DNA from: Octopus vulgaris
Taxonomy: Eukaryota
Direction of reading: 5' to 3'
Assembly: GCA_951406725.2 (NCBI GenBank)
Contig: OX597815.1
Span: 81,220,001-81,284,000, forward strand
Length of the DNA: 64,000 bases
Below, piece by piece: positions 54,640 to 64,000 of this stretch. Under the pieces are notes generated by a model. That model was not told the origin of the DNA. It was given only the letters and a program-made list of their open reading frames with translations, and searched no databases. A program made the translations under genes and the position numbers. Each line of letters opens with the position of its first letter. Position 1 is the stretch's first letter.

Positions 54640-55055
54640 TACCTATTTCTTTATTACCCACAAGGGGCCAAACATAGAGGGGACAAATATGGACAGACAT
54701 AGGTATTAAGTCGATTACATCGACCCCAGTGCGTAACTCGTACTTAATTTATCGACCCCGAAAGGATGAAAGGCAAAGTCGACCTCGGCGGAATTTGAAC
54801 TCACAACGTAAGGGCAGCCGAAATACCTATTTCTTTATTACCCACAAGGGGCTAAACATAGAGGGGACAAACAAGGACAGACATAGGTATTAAGTCGATT
54901 ACATCGACTCCAGTGCGTAACTGGTACTTAATTTATCGACCCCGAAAGGATGAAAGGCAAAGTCAACCTCGGCGGAATTTGAACTCACAACGTAACGACA
55001 AGCGAAATCCCGCTAAGCATTTCGCCCGGCGTGCTAACGATTCTGCCAGCTCGCC
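54640..55055 (-). mobile_element. Young family-A SINE with a 184-bp tandem duplication of its body, inserted in a hAT-like fragment
   Basis: TACCTATTTCTTTATTACCCACAAGGGG at 54640 and 54824; single head ending CTGCCAGCTCGCC at 55055; CpGs intact. The flanks GGTTCTCAAAGTGGGC and TGGTGGGCGTTGAG look like a split hAT end. Confidence 0.92.
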
Positions 55056-55179
55056 TGGTGGGCGTTGAGACGGTCCAGGAGAACGCTGGTGCCCAAAGGA
55101 GAGGTGGGAGAGAAAAAGGAGGCGTTGGGAGGAAGGCAGTGGATTGGGAGACGCTATGAATTTATCATATTACAGTATT

Positions 55180-55372
55180 ACTCTTTTACTTGTTTCAGTT
55201 ATTTGACTGTGGCCATGCTGGAGCACCTTCCTTTAGTCGAGCAAATCTACCCCAGGACTTATTTTCTCTAAGCCTAGTACTTATTCTATCGGTCTCTTAT
55301 GCCGAACCACTAAGTTACGGGGACGCAAACACACCAGCATCGGTTGTTTAGCGATGTGGGGGGGGGGACAAA
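55180..55372 (-). mobile_element. Family-B SINE 3' half
   Basis: CTCTTTTACTTGTTTCAG...GCCATGCTGGAGCACC...CACCAGCATCGGTTG. Confidence 0.9.
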
Positions 55373-55462
55373 CTCGATATTTCGGTTGTTAGAAATTAAT
55401 TAGTTTTCGTCAACTTTGTTTCGTTGTCTGTAAGTATAAGTACACACACAAAACGAACATGT

Positions 55463-55605
55463 TAGGTTATTTTATTAGTGGCTAGTTTACAGAGTTAATC
55501 CTGTTTCGATCCAAGCTATCAATGTCCACAGCTAATCTGTGAACATGACTGCAAGGATCAATATAGGATTAGCTCTGTAAACTAACTACCAATAAAATAA
55601 ACCTA
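55463..55605. repeat. ~143-bp imperfect palindrome (long hairpin)
   Basis: TAGGTTATTTTATTAGTGGCTAGTTTACAGAGTTAATCCTG..GATCC..TGTCCACAG [CTAAT] CTGTGAACA..GGATC..TAGGATTAGCTCTGTAAACTAACTACCAATAAAATAAACCTA. Confidence 0.9.
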
Positions 55606-56063
55606 CACAGCTCTCTACTTCTTGAAGTATCGAGAACTATATTCCGTATTTGAAAGCCTTGCTTCTCAGAGCAAATAAACAGACTATATCTGTCTATCTA
55701 TCTATACATTTACATGCAAAATTATGCGAAGCTAAAACGAAACAATTCGTACTTGTTTTGTCTAAAAACGTACATGAAGCTTCATAAAAATGCGTAAAAG
55801 ATAATGGCTAAAATAACTGCATAATACTGTAAAATAAAATTAATTAACATGGTTGGGGGAATCAATGCGAGGTCAATTGGTGTTTATTTCTTTATAAATT
55901 ACGCAGGAAAAATTTTTTTCTCTTAAAATAGTAGTGATCTTAGAGTTTTTCATATATTAACTGTTACATTGATAGATAGAGAGAACTTTTGAATATAGAG
56001 AATTAGTGATATGAAAAAAAAGTTCATCCTCCAGAACAGGACCGGACGCGGAATTTTTTTCCC

Positions 56064-56519
56064 ACGAGAGTTCCGGACCCCAGTAATGAACTCAGTTGCA
56101 TACAGACAATCAGAGTTCACCTTGTCAAGTTAGCAAAAACGCTCTACCAAGTAAACTCAAAACGAAGAACGGTGTTGTAAGCCGACCGACCGCCAAGTTA
56201 TGCCTGATTTTAGAAGGAGACAAGTAATTAGACAGATTTGCATCCATAGCTATCAACGGATTTTGTTAGGGCCCCATATGGTAAACATGTGGGTTTACAA
56301 AGTAAACAACAACACAAATAACTACGCAGAGGCAACCGTGGTTGAAACAAGAACAAGAACACAAGCATTATCAAAAGAGAAAAGAAGCATGGTCATTCCT
56401 TAACCAAGTGACCTTATCTTATCGTCCATCACTTACCATGCCCTCATAAATTAGTTTCATAGTTGGGCTCTGATTGGCTGTATGCAAATGAGTTCATAAC
56501 TGGGGTCCGGAACTCTCGT
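56064..56519. mobile_element. MITE-like element with 52-bp TIRs
   Basis: 56064-56115 (ACGAGAGTTCCGGACCCCAGTAATGAACTCAGTTGCATACAGACAATCAGAG) versus the reverse complement of 56468-56519, with 3 mismatches. Superfamily and TSD are unclear. Confidence 0.85.
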
Positions 56520-57210
56520 AGACATGTATTTATGCAGTAAAATCAATAGGTATAAAATAATGAGCTAGATTGTTGCTGTTCTTCTTTCGCCCCGGATCAT
56601 GCCTGATTTGAACAGATCTATGTTCACAGATACAGCAGCCTTGATCGCCATCTTTTTCTATACGAGACAGAGAACCCAATACCACATTAAAAAAAAGTGT
56701 CCTTTTCTCAGACATTAGGGGGTGAACTGAAGTTATTTGGCTGTTATTTCTAGCAGGTCGAGCGACTACATCAAAAGCTACTCTGACGTCAGACCAGAGA
56801 TTGGGATCGAATCAGAGTCTACCTGACAAGAGACCCACTTTTTTTTTTTTAATCCAACCTCTTAAGTGAAGGCGGGGTAAAAGACAATATAAAATACAGC
56901 GAAATTCGAACCGGCTATGATAAGAAAATAGCAAAAAAAAATGTTTAAAACACACACAAAGAACCTTTCACCTGTTTAGTCCCAAGTTAAAATTGATAAA
57001 GCAAACCTATGATCTAAGCGTTCCAGAATCACGACTATCCTAATTTATTATCTATGACTATTTTATGTAACGTATTAGTTTTTAACACGGTATGACGCGG
57101 GGAGGAATTGACTAATATTTCAGTAGCCCCATATGGACACTCAGTTACTGGATCCAGGTTATGTTAAAAAACTGAAATGGCTTGTGAATATTCTATATAA
57201 GAAAGTTTGA

Positions 57211-57654
57211 TTTCATACTCGTTTCGTTTCGTACTTTTCGACGATAAAATATGCATTCATATCTTCAGTACACCTACCCAACTGTTTCATACTCGTTTCG
57301 TTTCGTACTTTTCGACGATAAAATATGCATTCATATCTTCAGTACACCTACCCAACTGTTTCATACTCGTTTCGTTTCGTATTTTTCGACGATAAAATAT
57401 GCATTCATATCTTCAGTACACCTACCCAACTGTGTCATACTCGTTTCGTTTCGTATTTTTCGACGATAAAATATGCATTCATATCTTCAGTACACCTACC
57501 CAACTGTGTCATACTCGTTTCGTTTCGTATTTTTCGACGATAAAATATGCATTCATATCTTCAGTACACCTATCCAACTGTTTCATACTCGTTTCGTTTC
57601 GTATTTTTCGACGATAAAATATGCTTTCCTATTTTCAGTACACCTACGCAACTG
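57211..57654. repeat. Minisatellite, 6 x 74 bp
   Basis: Unit TTTCATACTCGTTTCGTTTCGTA(C/T)TTTTCGACGATAAAATATGCATTCATATCTTCAGTACACCTACCCAACTG starts at 57211, 57285, 57359, 57433, 57507 and 57581. Confidence 0.97.
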
Positions 57655-57735
57655 TTGAGAAGTATGGGCACTGAGCCCCAAAAGTTTGCTTGGATTAACG
57701 AAGGAACATTTTGCATTAATATTTTCACCTAATAA

Positions 57736-57900
57736 GGCGGCGAGCTGGCATCAGTCTTTACATTGAGTTCAAATTCAGCCAAGGTCGACTGTGCCTTTCG
57801 TCCTTTCAGGGTCGATAAGATAAGTACCGAATGAACATCAGAGTTGATGTAATCGATTTACCACGTCTTCCGAAATTGCTTTGCCTTCTGCCAAAATTTG
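57736..57900 (+). mobile_element. Family-A SINE copy with internal deletion
   Basis: GGCGGCGAGCTGGCA..GAGTTCAAATTC..GGTCGAC.GTGCCTTTCGTCCTTTCAGGGTCGATAA. Confidence 0.88.
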
Positions 57901-58889
57901 AACTTAAAATAGGTAACGAAAATAAAGCTTACCGCTATAAGCAATAAGGGCACTGTACGATTAACGAATGTACCAAATCCCACCGAGTGCTTGTGTTCAC
58001 ATTTCTAGACATTACTTAAGACTAAAATACATAAATAAATCAGGTTTGATCAGAGCTGACTGGTGTTGTTGTTACCGTTGTTTTTAAGTGGCTGGAAACC
58101 ATGTTCTCAAAGCAAAATCATAGAATTCTAGAAAGAAAAATCACCATCATTTCTCCATTAAAGACAATCAATCCCCACCTCTAAAACATGTGAAAAGATA
58201 TTTTCAGAGCACTTTTTTTTTCTCCCCAACGAAATAACACCGAAACGAATATCTTCTCTTCACATATTTCAACATCCAGCCAGCAAACCACCGTCACCTC
58301 ACTACAACCCATCCAACAAACAAAACTACGAAAACTATCCTCCACCACGTCCACATTTTTTTCTCCTCTTCTTCCTCCTTTGCAGAGAGAAGATAGAAAG
58401 AATCAAGAATTAAAATAAAATTTTAAAAAAAACAACAAAAAAAACACGCACACAGGTTAAAAGCAGAGTGTTTCCTGGTATGTAATTAGCCTAACCTAAC
58501 ACATACATAAAGATTATATTGTAGCAGCTTCTCACTGCTGACTCAGACAAAAAAATTTACTCTCAGTACGAGAAAAAGGAAAAAAAAGAGAAAGAAAAGA
58601 CCAACTTAAATAAAACAGTAAACAATTACTCCAGTAAAAATCTTGTGGTTATGCGTGTCTGTTTGTTTGTATGTATGTATGTATGTATGTATGTATGCAC
58701 TGCTATTTCAAACTCTTCCACTTAAATATTAAGTCAGTTGCTATCAGGTTTCTAACAACCCCCTTTCTACTTCATAGCCAGATTATCTGGCAAAAATCAA
58801 ATTGTGTGTTGTGTGTGTAATGCTCGTGTTCAGCATGGCCAAAGTCATGAGCAGGAACTAGTAAAAGAGTATACACACACACACACACC

Positions 58890-59215
58890 ATTATCACACT
58901 ACGTCGGTTTTTGGTCCCTTGTTGCAGACTTTATCATGTCCCCTTCTTTGACCAACCTCTTTAACACCGACTATTCCTATTTGGTCAATCCGCTTGTCCC
59001 TGTCCATGCACCATAATGTTATACACCTCCAGCGGAACATGCTCGCTTCATTCCCCCTGTCCCAGCTACCCTTCACACATTCGATGCATTTATTTTACTG
59101 CTATGCAACATCGCACTTCGTACACACGTTTCATAGAATCTGTTCTCTACTCGAAGAGAAAAACCATTTGTTGCCAGCAGAGTCAATAGGTCCCTGAACT
59201 TTTTCTACTCCGTAG
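58890..59215 (-). pseudogene. Decayed RTE-clade LINE ORF (C-terminal to the RT core)
   Basis: Minus strand: *KKFRDLLTLLATNGFSLRVENRFYETCVRSAMLHSS, then after a frameshift NEASMFRWRC. Matches the RTE pattern WxKFRELLPLL...KGRLYxACVRSxMLHGSETW...ExxMLRW. Confidence 0.85.
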
Positions 59216-59819
59216 AGAGGGAGAAAAGGTGAACGGAGAGAAATATATCAAATGAGCTAATGATGTGAATTTACATCATTCAAGTAAGGCAGTACTGATT
59301 AATATATGCATAAAATTTAGAATTTACCTTTTAGAAGGTGAAAATAAAAGGGAAAAAAAGTTAGAGACAACTATTAGAGACTCTCGGTGGTGCGTGTGTA
59401 TGCAATACACGAGGCCAAGAAATCTTGCTGTCATCACCTAGATTCTTAACTACAGTTGAAGAGAAGGTCCTTCAAGGTATGAACGTGGGTGTCAACAGGT
59501 GTCATTATTGATAGAAATAGGGCACGGGAGAATCAAAAGGCCCATTGTTATTCGCATTGTGCGGTGACGGAACAATACAAATAATATTTTATTTTATGTT
59601 TATCTACTTATCTTTTCCGGCAGTTAGAACTCAACTCACAAGAGACAAAAATGTGTAGGGACCCAAAGAAGTTAGCTACGAAGAGGAAAAAACAAGGTGG
59701 TTGTAACAGAAGTTTATTAAATAAACCAAATACAAATTTCTCGTTATAGCGAAAAGGGGAGATAATTTTCAAGAGTGAGAATGCAGTTGGTTTAATCCCT
59801 GATGACAGAAAATTACCAG

Positions 59820-60345
59820 AAACTTGTTTCCCAACCATATCGTCTTAGGTTCAGTCCCAGTGCGTTGCACCTTGGGCAACTGATGTCTTCTACTATAGCC
59901 CATGTCAACCGAAACCTTATGAGTGTGTTTGATAGAGAAACTGAACGAAACCCGTGTGTGTATTTGTTCCCCATTTACGTTTGACAACCAGCGTTGGTTT
60001 GTTTACGTTCCCACATAGAATAAGTACAAGAATAGATTTGTTATTCAAGGCGGTATCTCAGCAAGGCCGCCGTCCACTTGGTGAACAATAGCGTCGTTGG
60101 CTACTGGCATTTAACAGGCCCAATTCACTGTATTTCTGACGGTGCTGGGATCGTCTGCATAAATTTTGGCGCGGAACAAACACAGCAAGGAACTTCAGCT
60201 TCCTTAGCGAAGCTATAAATCGAATTCCACTCACAATGCATTATTGGTCAAGCTGAGACTATGGTAAAGGGTAGTTACTTGCCCAAGGTGCCACGCAGTA
60301 CGCTTGAATATGGGAGTTCTTTGCTTAACTACACAACCATGCCGT
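59820..60345. mobile_element. Two degenerate family-B SINE copies (59820-60075 plus; 60230-60345 minus)
   Basis: GGTTCAGTCCCAGTGCG..CACCTTGGGCAA on plus; TTGCCCAAGGTGCCACGCAGT on minus. Confidence 0.75.
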
Positions 60346-60652
60346 ACTTTATCAATTAAGAGTAGGGATGTAGAATCAACATTGAAAGATTTGAATAAAC
60401 ATTATTAAATATTTATTCATCGCAAAATAGCATTGTGGAAGTAGTTAAACCAGTTGTGGCTAGACCTCAACTCAGACTACATCGAACGCAGACCTATGAC
60501 CAAAGAGGATTTTTTTTTATCAACATCATCCTAGCCTTTTCTCTTTGTAGCCAGTGCATCATATACATTATCTTAATTTGTCGCTGTTGCTTGTCGATAA
60601 AAAGCGGCCAGTGGGACTTTCAGAATGGCACGCCTAAGGAAAAATTACCTTG

Positions 60653-60689
<37 letters not shown>

Positions 60690-61789
60690 ATTCTTCTAAA
60701 GTAGTGCAATCCGCCAGATGACGAGCCATGTCTTTTCAGCGGCCCGCTTCTCGGGAAAATCGCAGGTTAATGCTTACAGTAAAGAATATGACTTCAAAGA
60801 GATTTGGCTGCTATTTCTAGAATGTCAAAGGACTACACACACACACAGCCGAGTTGGCTGGTAGCAGACCATTAGAGAAAATGGGAGCACGAAACAAATG
60901 CATCAAACCGTTTTTGCTTCGGTCAACGATCTGACGACGACCAATATGATGTATTTGATTCTTCTCGGAGTTGGGTAGCTGAGTAGGATGGGAGGTGTTG
61001 GAATAGAAATTACTTGTAAACACACTAAGGTAATGTAACCAACAATAATACCTTCCCATTTCGTATTAATAGATAAAAGATAAAAACCAAAGGTACAATT
61101 AATCAGTAAAACTAGTTTTAAAAACACAACGTTATGTATACGCACGCACCTACGTATAAACGACAGACAGATAGATAGATAGATATACACACACACACAC
61201 AATATATATAGTGTAGAAGGAAGGAGTGAAAGTTAATATATAAAAGTTAAATAGTAAGAAAAGTCAGTTTATTCGTCCATTTGCAGAAATTTGTGTGTTT
61301 AACGATGAAGAAAAAATATATAGTTGATGATATTCAACTAAAATTATGCTGCTTTGAAAGAAGGAAATATGTTGTGTTTTGATTGTGCTTGGTTTTTTAG
61401 AATCATTATTTCTCGATGTACAAACAAAATGATTTTAAAGTAGTGGATGAGGAACAAACAACTATTCGTTTTTAAAGCTGTAAAATAAAATATAAGCTAA
61501 TGAGATTTTATTCCTAATTTATGTAGAGGTTTTACTTTTTAAAATTTCAAAAAGAAGCTTAAAGTTTAGGTAAAATTGATTTGGTTAAAACTGATATTAT
61601 CTGAAGTCTCATGGAGAAATGCTTGAAACTAGGACGCTCACGCGCGTCTATATACACATATAGATTAATGTAAGATCTGCAACTGATGAGATATGGAGGC
61701 ATGAAAGAAAGAAACCAAGATATTTTTTTAGTGAGCACACAACTATATTTACTGTGAAAAAGGAGACACCATGATTAAACTATAGCTCT

Positions 61790-62530
61790 GTGTGTGCATG
61801 TGTGTTTTAACAACCGGTGCTGGTTTGTTTACATCCCTCTAAGTCAGTGGTGCGGTAATAAGTAACTGATAAAATCTTGACCGACTAAACCATTCAAGGT
61901 AGTGCCCCACTATGGCCACAGTTTGAAACATCTATTTATATATATATATATATATATAAAAACTTAGCTGCCCGGCAAAAGAGACCAATAGAATAAGTAC
62001 TAGGCTTATGAAGAATAAGTCTTGGGAGTCGATTTTCTTTGACTAAAACTCTTTAAGGTGATGCTCCAGCATGATTGCAGTTTAATGACTGAAACTAGAA
62101 TAATATATGCACTGTTCTACAAGTCTTTATGCAACCAAGACTGAAGAATTGATCTCTGACAAAGCTTTAGCAAAGACTGAAACTAGTCAGGCATCCTTTC
62201 TGTTCAATTTTTTTCCCCTGACCACAGAGAGAGAAAAAAAAATTGTAGTTTAGCCAGTGTCTACTTTTCATAAGGCTAACTTGTATAATTTGCTAATGAA
62301 AAGTAAAAGAGATTCATCTGAATGTTTTATATTGTATCTTTTATCCATAACTTGTTTCAGTCATTGGACTACAGCCATGCTGGGGGCACTGCTTTGCTAA
62401 ATGATGGTGAGAGAAAAAACATGGATACATATACACATATGAACATGGGTTTCTTGCAGTTTCTGTCTACCAAATCCACTTACAAAGCTTTGCTTGGCCT
62501 GGGACTATAATACAAGAAACTCGCACAAAA
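61790..62530. mobile_element. Family-B SINE fragments (61790-61930 and 61970-62098 plus; 62350-62530 minus)
   Basis: AAAAGAGACCAATAGAATAAGTACTAGGC...GCTCCAGCATG; CTTGTTTCAGTCATT...CAAATCCACT. Confidence 0.75.
62153..62191 (+). ncRNA. Minimal type-I hammerhead ribozyme relic (core G8>A)
   Basis: tct-CTGACAA-AGCTTT agc AAAGACT-GAAAC-TA-GTC-agg: core with one mismatch, stem II, palindromic stem III ACTAGT, GUC cleavage triplet and a 3-bp stem I. Confidence 0.45.
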
Positions 62531-63770
62531 TAACAAGAATGGTAGCATTGACCATTGATTGGCTCAACTCTTTTCTTTGGTAGGGGAGAGAAAGGGGGTT
62601 ATTCCATCATGCCCACCTTTCTTCACTAGAATAACTCATTAAGGATTATCTTATGTCAAAATGGTGTAATTTCAATTAATAATGATTACTCGACTCCAAA
62701 CATTAAATTCCATTAACATCAACAGTTCTCTGTATGAAGTTGTATATCTCTCCCATGAACTTACTACATGTCTAGGACAAGATTTTAACCAAATAATATT
62801 TATCATAACAACCCTTAATTCACTTGACTCTCTGGAACTCAGATTACTCTGTCAAATGTAAAGCTCATTTATTTACATTGTTTTGTATTAATCATGCCTT
62901 ATCTCCTATGTTCAACAATTCAATATGATTGTTTATTTTCAGAATGACTTTGCAGGGCATGTGTGGGAGGTAAGATCTGGCTGGTAAGAACCATGTAAGA
63001 CAGGTAGAATATTTGGGCTGGATAAAGCCAATTAAAATGCAAAAGGACTAAACTTTAAATGGGCAAGACCTACTGATCAGGCCATAAGACAACTAGCCCG
63101 AAACAGGTTTGAACTCATTATCTGATCAACATTTCAGTACCTTCGCCCTCTCAGCTACTTAACTTTCTTTTCCATTTATTTGTTTCTGTCACATTAATAG
63201 ATGACGGAAAACGAACATTTAGTACAATTGCAAGATACCGGTGCACTTGAAAAAATTCCAGTTCAAAATTCTAACTACTATTAATAAAAACTTTTCCTAT
63301 ACATAGATAAAAATAGGAAAATTTACATAGAACATAATCTAAGAGTGTGTGTGTGTGTGTTTATAATCATTTCTTTGCCATTTGTTGCTTTATTTACTTT
63401 ATCTATTTAATATTTTATAATACAGTAAATTTGATTTGTCACCAGGGCATACAGTTAAAGAAATAATACAATGAAAATAACGCTAAGAGAACAAAAAAAA
63501 CAAGACATGAAAAGTGATTTTCTTTCAAATGCCAACCCACTCTACCCTTCTTCAAAAAGGTGTGTAAGTGTATGCACATGTGTGTATGTGTTTATATGAA
63601 TATAGACATATATATATATATGTACATATACATACACACATACAGAGAATGAAGTGAAGCAAGTTCACATTGAAATAACAACCGCATCTACAAGAGGAAC
63701 GAAAACTCGGCTGCAGATTGTTGTTATACAACAGAAATATAATTGACTAATACCTACAATAATAATAAAT

Positions 63771-63774
<4 letters not shown>

Positions 63775-63838
<64 letters not shown>

Positions 63839-63855
63839 TGTATGTATGTATGTAT
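63775..63855. repeat. (AT)n-(ATGT)n microsatellite
   Basis: Direct observation; many similar AT/AC/AG/triplet tracts occur throughout the window. Confidence 0.95.
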
Positions 63856-64000
63856 AAAATAATGGCAGAACATTTATTTACATAAATCCTGAAATTATGT
63901 GAATGTATGTGTGTGAAAGATAAAGTTTATATTTATGAGAAAAATAGGGAGGGTGGGTGGCGGCCATGAAAAAGGTCTTCAGAAACAAAAACAATAAATA

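Noticed and set aside
55615-55680. PLE-end-like TTGAAG...GAAAGCCTTG...AATAAA
   Set aside because: Hammerhead core and stems are too degenerate to support.
57207-57732. Repeated 60-72-aa ORFs; CRISPR-like look
   Set aside because: A by-product of the 74-bp tandem unit shifting frame; no unique spacers or cas genes, and the context is eukaryotic.
59799-59830. CTGATGA...GAAAC hammerhead-like words (also 61683-61706)
   Set aside because: No stem II; the GAAAC at 59820 belongs to a SINE head.

Overview
Eukaryotic, AT-rich, microsatellite-saturated DNA. The SINE sequences match my recollection of Octopus (coleoid cephalopod) repeats, which I have not verified by search. I found no intact multi-exon gene, prokaryotic feature or CRISPR array, and almost all listed ORFs are artefacts of simple repeats. 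Most explainable sequence is repeat-derived. There are at least four SINE-like families, with family A forming same-strand trains in (ATT)n. There are MITEs with diagnostic TSDs (hAT 8 bp, piggyBac TTAA, Merlin-like GG..CC with 8 bp) and a Helentron/HINE-like element. There are also decayed Penelope-like, RTE and Tx1/L1-like coding relics, and a 6x74-bp minisatellite. Scattered minus-strand splice signals suggest the window is the 5' introns of a large minus-strand gene. The best leads are: (1) a 30-nt candidate neural-type microexon at 3628-3599 with upstream UGC and three downstream UGCAUG motifs, phase-compatible with an Asn-rich candidate first exon; (2) an intron-containing tRNA-Met(CAT) pseudogene at 49770-49855; (3) a minimal hammerhead relic at about 62153-62191; (4) a 143-bp hairpin and other dsRNA-forming repeats. 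All family names and splice calls are by-eye inferences.
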